Shown here one piece after another: positions 1 to 8,369 of a DNA stretch of 64,000 nucleotides. A model generated the notes under the pieces. The model had not been told where the DNA came from. It made no database searches and saw nothing but the letters and a program-made list of their open reading frames with translations. The stretch is from positions 1-64,000 of IMG/VR virus record IMGVR_UViG_3300045131_002121. One strand, given 5' to 3'. The first letter of the stretch is position 1; each line of letters opens with the position of its first letter. Position numbers and translations under genes: made by a program. The DNA comes from a virus.

Positions 1-2
1 AT

Positions 3-710
3 CTCAAGCGGGCCTCGTTTGTGGTCATCTGGAATGGTGCCCAGCACAATGGTCGCAACGCCAAGGCGCTCTGCGAGGCCATGAAGATCCCCTATGCCTT
101 CTTCGAGTGGGGTGTGGCCCCGCAGGCCAAGACCTTCCTTGTCGACCTCGATGGCTTCGCCGGGGATTCCATGCTCATGCGCCCCCTGGGCTGGGTCACC
201 GACGCTGACATCAAGGTGTACCGTGAGGGCGTCACCGAACTCCGCACCAAGTATCCCTTGGAGCCCAAGAAGGGACGAGTCCTCGTACCACTCCAGATCG
301 AGAACGACTCCCAGATCTTGTACCATTGCCCCTACCGCAACATGGGTGAGTTTGTTGAACACGTCGCTGCGATGTATCCCAGTCATGACATCATCGTCCG
401 CCCCCATCCCAAGTCGGGATCCCAGAGGCCCTGGAAGTCAGCACGGGCCACCATTGAGAACCGAGACACCATCAAAGACTTCTATGAAGCCGCGCGTATC
501 AGTGAAGTCGTCGTCGGCATCAATTCGACCTCCCTCGTCGAAGCCGCCATGATTGGGGTGCCCGTGGTGGCCATGGGCAAGTGTCCCCTGCAAGTCCAGC
601 CCTGGCGCCACCGCGAGCGCCTTCTCGCCGGGTACTGGGCACTTAGAGTTCCGCGTACCGCAAGCATTGGAGATGTCCTCCAACGCTTCAACATCAAACC
701 CATAGACTAA
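3..710 (+). CDS. KpsS/KpsC-like (capsule synthesis family) glycosyltransferase, 5'-truncated by window edge
   Basis: Frame is open from the window start; motifs VPLQIENDSQI, IVRPHP, GINSTSLVEA and PVVAMG are typical of the KpsS/LipB-like GT-B fold. Confidence 0.7.
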   Translation, partial: LKRASFVVIWNGAQHNGRNAKALCEAMKIPYAFFEWGVAPQAKTFLVDLDGFAGDSMLMRPLGWVTDADIKVYREGVTELRTKYPLEPKKGRVLVPLQIENDSQILYHCPYRNMGEFVEHVAAMYPSHDIIVRPHPKSGSQRPWKSARATIENRDTIKDFYEAARISEVVVGINSTSLVEAAMIGVPVVAMGKCPLQVQPWRHRERLLAGYWALRVPRTASIGDVLQRFNIKPID

Positions 711-720
711 GGAGATTACA

Positions 721-996
721 ATGGATTCGACCCCACCAGGCCCAGGTGCCCCGAGCAGACCTCCACTACCAGTGGAGATCCAGAATGTTCTCAACCATGT
801 CGCTGAAGCCAACAGGGTGATAGGGACTTTGCTTGCCGTTATCGGTCAGGCCGCGACGACCCCAGGCATCACCCCACAGGAGTTCAAGGCACGTATGAGC
901 ACGGACTACGTGCAGAATTTGTTTCCGAGGGTTAGCGACGAAGTCATACATACGAAATTCGCCATATCAGTGATCCCAGACGCCCCTCCGGCTTGA
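721..996 (+). CDS. hypothetical protein
   Basis: ATG preceded by AAGGAG; tiles between neighbours. Confidence 0.7.
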   Translation: MDSTPPGPGAPSRPPLPVEIQNVLNHVAEANRVIGTLLAVIGQAATTPGITPQEFKARMSTDYVQNLFPRVSDEVIHTKFAISVIPDAPPA

Positions 997-1022
997 CACC
1001 ACTGAGAGTCATGGTTTACTGT
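993..1022 (+). promoter_or_regulatory. possible sigma70-like promoter
   Basis: TTGACA (993-998), 18-nt spacer, TACTGT (1017-1022); overlaps the conserved 18-bp motif. Confidence 0.35.
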
Positions 1023-1032
1023 GAGTCAACCC
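1015..1032 (+). promoter_or_regulatory. conserved 18-bp intergenic motif, copy 1 (TTTACTGTGAGTCAACCC)
   Basis: Near-identical copies at 8299 and 11708, each 47-71 nt upstream of a start codon. Confidence 0.55.
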
Positions 1033-1064
1033 ACCTACATGGGCTCACGCCCAGAGGAGACTAT

Positions 1065-1634
1065 ATGTCGAAATGTTCTAAATCCTGCAACCCCAACGCC
1101 AACTTCGAGCGCCTGAAAGAGATCGACATTCTCTTAAACTGCGTCATGGGGATCGCCAATCTCGAGGCCACCCGTCTGAATGGCCCCAACTGTATTGATG
1201 ATCTCTTCCAGAAGGTCAAGTCACGTCTCATGTACCTGATCCCTGGTGAAGGTCCATGTATTCTCCCACGTAGTGACGTCACGCCTCCTGTGAAGGGGTC
1301 CAGTCACGGCATCATTATCGATGGACTGTATTGGAAGGTCATTCGTCACGGGGACACCATAGTGGCGCGTGCTGATGTCGATGCCATGAAAAGCACCGCG
1401 GTAGTGCAGTTTAGTAGTAAACAAGATGTGGCCGAAACTCTGGCGCGCGCTACCCGAGATATTCATGGGGCTTTGCATGAGATGGCACATGATAAGGCAC
1501 ACGCGATGGCAGACGCCGCTGCTAAGAAATCGAAATCCAAGGTTAAACCTGGGGGCACCCTGAAGGCCAAGGTCAAGACAGTCTCCAGCGTCGAGACTGT
1601 GAAGGCCAAGGCGAAGAAGAAAGGGAAGGCATGA
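1065..1634 (+). CDS. hypothetical protein with Lys-rich C-terminal tail
   Basis: ATG 1065 has a GAGGAG RBS (preferred over TTG 993); tail KKSKSKVK...KAKAKKKGKA. Confidence 0.7.
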   Translation: MSKCSKSCNPNANFERLKEIDILLNCVMGIANLEATRLNGPNCIDDLFQKVKSRLMYLIPGEGPCILPRSDVTPPVKGSSHGIIIDGLYWKVIRHGDTIVARADVDAMKSTAVVQFSSKQDVAETLARATRDIHGALHEMAHDKAHAMADAAAKKSKSKVKPGGTLKAKVKTVSSVETVKAKAKKKGKA

Positions 1635-1942
1635 GCACCGATCTCAAAGCAGTCATCGATGCCGCGACGGCATCTGTGGTCGGGGCTCCTGAGAAACCAG
1701 CGGCCACACCTGGGATCCTGACCCCTGAGGAACGCATGGCCTATGAGAAGGCCACAGGGGATCACCCCGGCAGCCGCGATGAAGCCCTGGAGAAGGCCAG
1801 GGCACTGCGCCGGCAGCGCATCCAGGAGGCCCGGAGTGCGGAGCAACAGCGCCAGCTCAGGCTCCTCAGGGAGCGCAGTATCGTTATCAAGGCACGGGCG
1901 CGTCGTGAGCACGCCAAGAAGAAAAAGACTCGCAGGAGTTAA
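1631..1942 (+). CDS. basic hypothetical protein
   Basis: ATGA overlap with the upstream stop; Arg/Lys-rich helix. Confidence 0.65.
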   Translation: MSTDLKAVIDAATASVVGAPEKPAATPGILTPEERMAYEKATGDHPGSRDEALEKARALRRQRIQEARSAEQQRQLRLLRERSIVIKARARREHAKKKKTRRS

Positions 1943-1944
1943 GC

Positions 1945-4374
1945 ATGACCACCCACCCCGGGCGTCACGATGCCTTCAACATCATCACGGCAACTGAAGC
2001 CCGGGCTGGGCGCATCCTGCGTTCCCAGCCCGCCGTGTTCTTTACATCACAGATGGAGAACGCCTGGTTGGGACGTGCCTACGCGGGCGCCACTGCATTC
2101 CTGGTCTGTGGGGGCCCCAGCGCAGGAGCCGTCGACCTCAAGGCGCTCTCAACGACTCCTGGGGTCGTCACGATGGCGGTCAACAATGCTGCCCAGGGCT
2201 GGCGTCCCCAGCTCTGGTGTGGTCTCGATGAACCCCATCGCTTCCTCAACTCGATCTGGCTAGATCCCGGTATCCAGAAGTTCTATCCTCTGGCCTATCA
2301 GGACATGCCGTTGCGGGACCACCCCGTGCGGACCCCCAAGGATTGCCCGAACACTTGGTTCATCCGGCGCAATGACAAGTTTGATGCCAAGACCTGGCTG
2401 CACGAGGACACCATCAACTGGGGCCAGGAAGGCGATGACTCCAGGCGTGGGGGTCGCAGCACCATGGTCGCCGCGATGCGGATCCTCTACATCCTGGGCT
2501 TCAAGCAGGTCTACCTCGTCGGTGCTGACTTCAAGATGGACCCCAAGAAGGCGTACAACCATGATCAGGTCGTCGATGCAACAGTCGCTGCGAAGAACAA
2601 CTCACTCTTCGAGTACCTCAATGGGTTGTTCACCCAGCTCCAGGTCGAGTTCCTCCACCATGGATTCGATGTATTCAATACCACCCAGATCTCTGGGCTC
2701 ACCGCGTTCCCCTATAAGTCCTTTATCGATGCCAGGGCCCAGGCCACCAATGACTCCAAGGTGAACCCCAGGGAGTCCTCGGCTGGGCTCTACGATGGCC
2801 ACTTCAAGGAGCCCGTGAAGTCCACGCCGCCTCGAATAGCACCCCCTATACTAACGGATTCTTTGCGTGATCTCGCCTGGGGTTACTCCGCTGGTCTCGG
2901 TATCGCCGAGGTCAAGGCGGCCTGGGATGCCTATACCGCTGAGGTCGCCACCACGCCCGCTGGGAAGTCCACTGAACGCCTCGCTGGGCTCGAGGACAAA
3001 GCGCTGGCCGCCGCGGGGATCCCGCCTCGTAATGGGGCCTGGAGTATCCCGGCGACCACACGCCCCCTCAAGATGGACACCGACAAGCATGATGGCAGCC
3101 GACGTGCCTTCATCGTTGGCAATGGACCCACTGCTAACGTAGGTGAGGGCTGGCGGGATGATGGCATGCGATCCGATGATGCCATCATCCGAATCAATTT
3201 CCCACGCCTCGACGGCTACCCCGTCGGGGACCGCACCGACTACTGGGTACTGAACCCTCAGCATCCCCGTGCACTGGAAGACCTCGAGATCGGGCTGGCC
3301 ATGCTGAAGCCCTGGAGAGTTGTCCTCATCCAACCCAGGGTTCTCGAGAACCCCGCACAGGGTGCTCGATATGCCGAGGTGCTCTCACGGCTACGCCACA
3401 TCAGTGCGAACAAGCCAGATGTCTGGGATCCCGCCTACGCCGAGCGTCTCATGCAACCCCCGGTGGTCCACGAGACCTGGGGGCTATCCACTGGGGCTGA
3501 GGCCATCCGATGGGCGCGCACATGGGCTGATGCCATTGTGACCACGGGCATCGACACCCACATCGCACCCAAGATTGAACCCAAGCGTATCCGGTACTGG
3601 GGGGAACCCACCACGGGCGTCTATACACCACAGGAGCGACTGTACCTCAGGTTGCTCAAGCAGGCTGGCGGGTTCTCCGATCTCGAGGGCTTCGACTTAG
3701 AGCCCTTGGATCCCCCGACGGCTGAGGAGCCCACGATCCCCAAGATTATCCACATCATGGCTATCGGCACCAAGATTGAGGGTGCGGTTGCCTCCATGGT
3801 TGCCAGGAACATCAAGTTGTTGGAGTCCCTGGGCTGGGATGTCAACCTGTGGCAGGATACCCCGGAGACCGCCACGATGGTCACCAGTTTCTATGAAGAC
3901 GATCTAGGTGTCACTGTCGCCGAGTTGCCACGTGATGCCCTCAACGAGATCGCGAAGCCAGCAGCGCTCCGCATGGGCGTCGGGGGCCTCTGCATCGATG
4001 CCGACGTCGAAGTCATCCGTGATCCCAGTGCACTCTGCGCCATCGGTGCCGGTGCCTTTGGATTCAAGGACCTCGATGGTAAGGTGCGATCCAGGGTTGT
4101 CGGTGCTGCCTACGACTCAGTTACCATCTCGGCATGGGCTGACTCCTGCAAGGCCAGGGTCAAAAACAAGGTGAATGTCGAGCTGGCGCTGGACTCCGCG
4201 CTCTCAGGGAACACCCGAGCCAAAGATTTCGTTGAACTCCCCTGGTGGTACTTTGACCCCGCGGCAAAGGCTCGCGAGGCAGGGGACCCCAAGACACCGC
4301 CAACGATGACATTGGTCGGCTCGGCCTGGGACTTCCGGGATGGTGTCGGCCCCTACACTTTCATGACGAGGTAA
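1945..4374 (+). CDS. multidomain glycosyltransferase: Maf/DUF115-like + GT29 (sialyltransferase)-like + GT32 DXD-like
   Basis: LVCGGPS...GFKQVYLVGADF; AFIVGNGP...IIRIN...VGDRTD...STG; IPKIIH...GGLCIDADV. Confidence 0.7.
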   Translation: MTTHPGRHDAFNIITATEARAGRILRSQPAVFFTSQMENAWLGRAYAGATAFLVCGGPSAGAVDLKALSTTPGVVTMAVNNAAQGWRPQLWCGLDEPHRFLNSIWLDPGIQKFYPLAYQDMPLRDHPVRTPKDCPNTWFIRRNDKFDAKTWLHEDTINWGQEGDDSRRGGRSTMVAAMRILYILGFKQVYLVGADFKMDPKKAYNHDQVVDATVAAKNNSLFEYLNGLFTQLQVEFLHHGFDVFNTTQISGLTAFPYKSFIDARAQATNDSKVNPRESSAGLYDGHFKEPVKSTPPRIAPPILTDSLRDLAWGYSAGLGIAEVKAAWDAYTAEVATTPAGKSTERLAGLEDKALAAAGIPPRNGAWSIPATTRPLKMDTDKHDGSRRAFIVGNGPTANVGEGWRDDGMRSDDAIIRINFPRLDGYPVGDRTDYWVLNPQHPRALEDLEIGLAMLKPWRVVLIQPRVLENPAQGARYAEVLSRLRHISANKPDVWDPAYAERLMQPPVVHETWGLSTGAEAIRWARTWADAIVTTGIDTHIAPKIEPKRIRYWGEPTTGVYTPQERLYLRLLKQAGGFSDLEGFDLEPLDPPTAEEPTIPKIIHIMAIGTKIEGAVASMVARNIKLLESLGWDVNLWQDTPETATMVTSFYEDDLGVTVAELPRDALNEIAKPAALRMGVGGLCIDADVEVIRDPSALCAIGAGAFGFKDLDGKVRSRVVGAAYDSVTISAWADSCKARVKNKVNVELALDSALSGNTRAKDFVELPWWYFDPAAKAREAGDPKTPPTMTLVGSAWDFRDGVGPYTFMTR

Positions 4375-4376
4375 CC

Positions 4377-6296
4377 ATGCCGAATGTCTTTGAATCAACA
4401 GAAAACGTAGATGCCATGCTGCGTTCTAAGCGTGTCTTGGTTGTCGGTAACGGGCCTTCTGCACGGTCTGTAAAGATACCAGAGATCATGGGGGATTACG
4501 ATTTAGTTGTAAGGTTTAACTGTTGGAAGAAGGACTCGCATACATCGGGTGAGAGATGCGATGTCTGGGTAACCAATCTGAGCCCGCATGACACGGAAAA
4601 ACATCTTCCAAAAGCAGCAGCAGAGGGGTACAAGGCTTCACTGTTTTTGATTTGTGCTGGCCTCGGGGCACCTAGTTCTGTGCGAGTTTGCCACTTTAGG
4701 GATATCATTAAGACCGGGTTTGGGGATGTCCCCGTGGGGGAAGTCCCGCCCAGTTTCGCGAAGACTCTAAGTAAGCGGGTAGGAATCAAGGTAACCACTG
4801 GGCTGACAGCAATACACTACCTGCTTAGCCTGGGGTGTGAGGTGACGATCTGTGGGTTTGATATCCTCGCTGGGAGGCAGTGTACTCCTCGCCATTATTG
4901 GGGAGGTAGGTCGAATATACGCAAGAGTCACTCCCCTGCTAAAGAGGGCAGCATTCTGTGGGAGCTGATCTCGAGTGGTGCCATACGTACCGTAGGCGAC
5001 GTGCCCGCGTTGTGGGTGGATACATCCCCAGTACGATCGCTGGATTACTTTGATAGCATGCAGGAAACTATACCAAGGATTATTCATTTGGTGTGGTTGG
5101 GTACAATGGTTCCAGAGTGGGTACGCGCTTTCATGCAAGCGGTTATAGACCTACACCCTCAATGGGAGGTTAAGCTGCACACAGATCTACCCAGTAGTGC
5201 TGGTAGTGAACTCGCCGAGGCGTACAACTCGGCGGAGCAGTGGTGCCAGCGTGCAGATATCGTGCGGTATGTAGCGCTCCGTGATTTCGGAGGCATCTAC
5301 ATTGATGCCGACTGCGTCATCCTTCGGGCGCTCGACCCCTTGCTGAAAGCAGGGCCTTTCTGGATCGCGCGTCAAGCCGACGGGCGCTTCAACAACGCAT
5401 TCATTGGGTGCGAGAAAGGGTGTAAAGAGATCAATCAGATCATCCAGGAAGTCATCACTGTGCATCGCGGGGGCTCTAGTCGGAGGGCGAGGTTTGGTCC
5501 TGACATGCTGACCAATATGGTGGATGTCAGTAAGTCGATCACGGTAAACCAGCTCCCCAAGCATTATTTTATGATACTGGATAAGCAGTCATCCGCACAC
5601 AAATTTCTTCATTCTGATACTCAGGCAAGGGCGGGTCATCTTAATAATTTGCAGGGTAGAATTACAGACGGAGTAACCCCATTCTTAGTTCATCTGTGGG
5701 GTTACGAGGGGTCTTCAAAGGCTCCAGTTTCCGAGGCTGAATCCGCTGCTGTATTGAAGCAATCAGAAGCCTACAGCAGGGTCGACGGGTATGCCACACA
5801 TCTACCTGCGTTGACCTTTGCGGTAGAGTGCATGATGTCTAACTTCTCTTCGCCGCGTGTAGTAGAACTGGGGTGTGGATTTTATAGCAGTGTTTTTCTG
5901 AATGCTCTTTCAAAATCGTATGGGTTTAGGTACGACATAGTTTTCCAAGATGAAGCATGGGCCGATGCCATCAAGCCCCTTGTACCTAACGCTAATTGGA
6001 TTCGTGTCGCCAAGTGGGATGCAGTGAAGTCTGTGCTCGGGGACTCACCAGACATTGGGCTGTGCTTGGTAGACCAGGAACAGGTTGTCGTCAACCGGTT
6101 ACGGACTGCGTTGACGATTCGAGACATTTGTAAAATAATGGTGTTCCATGATTCTGATCGAATTGGTGCTGGGGGTAACAGTTCAAAGGGGCCATTAAGC
6201 ATGGCAAACTTTAAGTTCCGTCGAGACTTTCTCATTAGAAAACCGTTCACGTCAGTGGTGAGTGATTTCATCGACGTGGCCAGTTTCACACCCTAG
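4377..6296 (+). CDS. multidomain glycosyltransferase: GT29-like + GT32 (OCH1/capsular DXD) + class I methyltransferase-like
   Basis: VLVVGNGPS...DLVVRFN...TTG...ICGFD...HY; IPRIIHLVWLG...ADIVRY...GGIYIDAD; VVELGCGFYSS; visibly more AT-rich than its flanks. Confidence 0.75.
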   Translation: MPNVFESTENVDAMLRSKRVLVVGNGPSARSVKIPEIMGDYDLVVRFNCWKKDSHTSGERCDVWVTNLSPHDTEKHLPKAAAEGYKASLFLICAGLGAPSSVRVCHFRDIIKTGFGDVPVGEVPPSFAKTLSKRVGIKVTTGLTAIHYLLSLGCEVTICGFDILAGRQCTPRHYWGGRSNIRKSHSPAKEGSILWELISSGAIRTVGDVPALWVDTSPVRSLDYFDSMQETIPRIIHLVWLGTMVPEWVRAFMQAVIDLHPQWEVKLHTDLPSSAGSELAEAYNSAEQWCQRADIVRYVALRDFGGIYIDADCVILRALDPLLKAGPFWIARQADGRFNNAFIGCEKGCKEINQIIQEVITVHRGGSSRRARFGPDMLTNMVDVSKSITVNQLPKHYFMILDKQSSAHKFLHSDTQARAGHLNNLQGRITDGVTPFLVHLWGYEGSSKAPVSEAESAAVLKQSEAYSRVDGYATHLPALTFAVECMMSNFSSPRVVELGCGFYSSVFLNALSKSYGFRYDIVFQDEAWADAIKPLVPNANWIRVAKWDAVKSVLGDSPDIGLCLVDQEQVVVNRLRTALTIRDICKIMVFHDSDRIGAGGNSSKGPLSMANFKFRRDFLIRKPFTSVVSDFIDVASFTP

Positions 6297-6306
6297 GAGC
6301 CCACCC

Positions 6307-6897
6307 ATGTCGCCAACCGATCCAGACACCACCAAGGACTCGACTCCCCTGCTTCGCGCACGGGTCATCGAGGCTGAGTTCGACGTCAAGCCGAACCCCG
6401 TGGATTTCGATGCTGAAGTCGCCCGCATCAAGGCGAGTGGGCTAGAGCGTGATTCATTGCCAAAGGTGCTCGCACTCGTGAAAGGTCTCGCGGAGCAACC
6501 CCCACAACCCGCGGTTATGATGAACGCCGTGGAAGCCCGGGCACGAGGGGTCGACCTCACCGGGATCCACGCTGAGCTCGCCAACCGCCCGACCTGCCTG
6601 GACTGCGCTCGCAAGCATGTCGGCAGTGCGCGTGCCCTCCTCGTCGAGGCCAGGCTGGGTTACGCCCGACATGCCTGGTATGCCGTCGGGGAACTCGCCC
6701 AGGCCGAAGCCGAGCTCGTCGACAAATACGACTTCCTCGCCGAGTATGTCAGGGGTGTCCGCCTCGACCTCATGGCCTCCCTGGATCCCGCGACATCGTT
6801 GACCGCTGGAGGCCCCAGCATTGATCCTGGCCTGATCAAGTACCCGGATTGGGATTCCCTGATGGATGCGCTTGTGGACACCGCGGTGACCAAGTAG
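6307..6897 (+). CDS. hypothetical protein with CxxC-xxxH motif
   Basis: AGGAG RBS before ATG 6307; TCLDCARKH. Confidence 0.7.
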   Translation: MSPTDPDTTKDSTPLLRARVIEAEFDVKPNPVDFDAEVARIKASGLERDSLPKVLALVKGLAEQPPQPAVMMNAVEARARGVDLTGIHAELANRPTCLDCARKHVGSARALLVEARLGYARHAWYAVGELAQAEAELVDKYDFLAEYVRGVRLDLMASLDPATSLTAGGPSIDPGLIKYPDWDSLMDALVDTAVTK

Positions 6898-6907
6898 GCG
6901 GCATCGG

Positions 6908-6930
6908 CGTCCTTGCCGGGGGCAAGGGCG
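6908..6930. other. intergenic inverted repeat (10-bp stem with one G-T pair, 3-nt loop)
   Basis: CGTCCTTGCC-GGG-GGCAAGGGCG; no U-tract follows. Confidence 0.5.
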
Positions 6931-6960
6931 GCATAAGCTCGCCCATCGATAGGAATCCAT

Positions 6961-7536
6961 GTGGCATCTCCGCACCGTTTGACAACCCCAGATGGGGCAG
7001 TTTACGATCTCCGCTGGGTGATCTCGTTCAAAGACGATCTCTCCAAGATCGCTGCGACTTTCTTTGGATCCCCGTACTCTCCGGTGATCTTTGATCGTAC
7101 TGCTTTCTTGGCTCAATGGGACGCCTCCCGTGCAGGTAACCCAGCGTTCCTGGGCTGCCCCGCGATAGGTGCTCTACCTGATCTCATCTTGGGACAGACC
7201 ACCCTCAATGTCCTCATGGTCACCCGGTTTGTGGACTACCCCGCCTTGGCGCAGGTCTACGCCTGGTTAGCACAGTCCGCGATGGCTGAGGACGCCCAGG
7301 TCCCCGTGGATGTTCCCATTCGGATTCCCCGTGCGACTTTCTTAGCCGCGTGGCCCAGTGGGTTGCCGTGGTGGAATCCAGGTGGGGGTTCCTCGTATTA
7401 CAACCTCGACTGGGTGACGTCCTGGAACCGGGAGACCACCGCGATGTCTCGCTTTGCTGATTCACCTGATGTCGTCATCGGACTCCCCAGGGATGCCCTG
7501 GAGACCGCGATGCAGGCATCGAAGACGAGGTCCTAA
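6961..7536 (+). CDS. hypothetical protein with three copies of a ~55-aa repeat domain
   Basis: YDLRWV...FDRTAFLAQW / LNVLMV...IPRATFLAAW / YNLDWV...LPRDALETAM. Confidence 0.7.
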   Translation: MASPHRLTTPDGAVYDLRWVISFKDDLSKIAATFFGSPYSPVIFDRTAFLAQWDASRAGNPAFLGCPAIGALPDLILGQTTLNVLMVTRFVDYPALAQVYAWLAQSAMAEDAQVPVDVPIRIPRATFLAAWPSGLPWWNPGGGSSYYNLDWVTSWNRETTAMSRFADSPDVVIGLPRDALETAMQASKTRS

Positions 7537-7730
7537 TGGCTTTCATCTCTAACTTCTTCACCCCTGTGCCAGGGGGATCCACCTATAACGTCCGCGAGGC
7601 CGTGATGTGGATTCCAATTGGTGGCGGTAAGGTCGCCGTACGTTTTGTCTCCCAGCCCAACGCTATGGTGGTTTTTGACGCCGTGCAGTGGGCTGCCGCG
7701 GTAGCCGCCTCGGATGCCTCGGGGTTCTGA
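7536..7730 (+). CDS. small protein, single copy of the same repeat domain
   Basis: YNVREAVMW...VRF...FDAVQWAAAV; TAATG coupling. Confidence 0.65.
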   Translation: MAFISNFFTPVPGGSTYNVREAVMWIPIGGGKVAVRFVSQPNAMVVFDAVQWAAAVAASDASGF

Positions 7731-7799
7731 TGTCTTGCACGGACACCTGCGAGATCAGAATCCTGCCATCAACGATTTTGTGGACTCAAGGGGGATCAT

Positions 7800-7994
7800 A
7801 TGGGACTTGTTACCGCGCCGCAGATCTGGTATCCAAATGGGGCCAATGGCTCCGCCTATGATCTCACCAAGATCACCTGGTACGCGCCTGACAAAGACCC
7901 CGCTTTTGTGAATGTTCGCTTCAGAGGTCTCGATGCCGCCACGGTAAGATTTCCGCGTGCATCTTTTGAAGCCGCGATGGCCGCTGTCGGGTGA
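7800..7994 (+). CDS. small protein, single copy of the same repeat domain
   Basis: YDLTKITW...VRF...FPRASFEAAM; AGGGGG RBS. Confidence 0.65.
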   Translation: MGLVTAPQIWYPNGANGSAYDLTKITWYAPDKDPAFVNVRFRGLDAATVRFPRASFEAAMAAVG

Positions 7995-7997
7995 TCC

Positions 7998-8282
7998 ATG
8001 AAAAAGAAAACGAAATCGGCTCCTCGGCGTAAGCCGACGGAGTACACCCCACACACGGATCGCATGGTCGCCAGCAATGGTGTCGGCGACAGGAAGCACC
8101 CGGCAACTCGGGCTCCAGGTGCCCCCTCGACGTCTACCCCGATTAAAAAGAAACTCAAGGAGTCAGCACCCTTCCTTGATCTCTGTGTTGATCTTCTCAA
8201 TTCAGTGGAAGACTTGAAAACACGCGTAGCCATTCTGGAAACAGAACGTGCGGCCACAAAACCCACCCGACGGCGTACCTGA
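7998..8282 (+). CDS. basic hypothetical protein with short coiled coil
   Basis: Tiles after 7994; LLNSVEDLKTRVAILE heptad. Confidence 0.6.
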   Translation: MKKKTKSAPRRKPTEYTPHTDRMVASNGVGDRKHPATRAPGAPSTSTPIKKKLKESAPFLDLCVDLLNSVEDLKTRVAILETERAATKPTRRRT

Positions 8283-8298
8283 GAGGATACCAACTGAC

Positions 8299-8316
8299 TT
8301 GACTGAGAGTAAACCC
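8299..8316 (+). promoter_or_regulatory. conserved 18-bp intergenic motif, copy 2 (TTGACTGAGAGTAAACCC)
   Basis: Upstream of nrdJ; followed by hairpin CCGCAGG-N8-CCTGCGG. Confidence 0.55.
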
Positions 8317-8369
8317 CCGCAGGATGTAACCCCTGCGGCGCAAAAACCAACGACTACCTGGAGTGTTAT

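Noticed and set aside
8283-8369. Cobalamin riboswitch or NrdR box upstream of nrdJ
   Set aside because: The gap is too short for a B12 riboswitch and no B12-box or NrdR palindrome is visible; only one small hairpin
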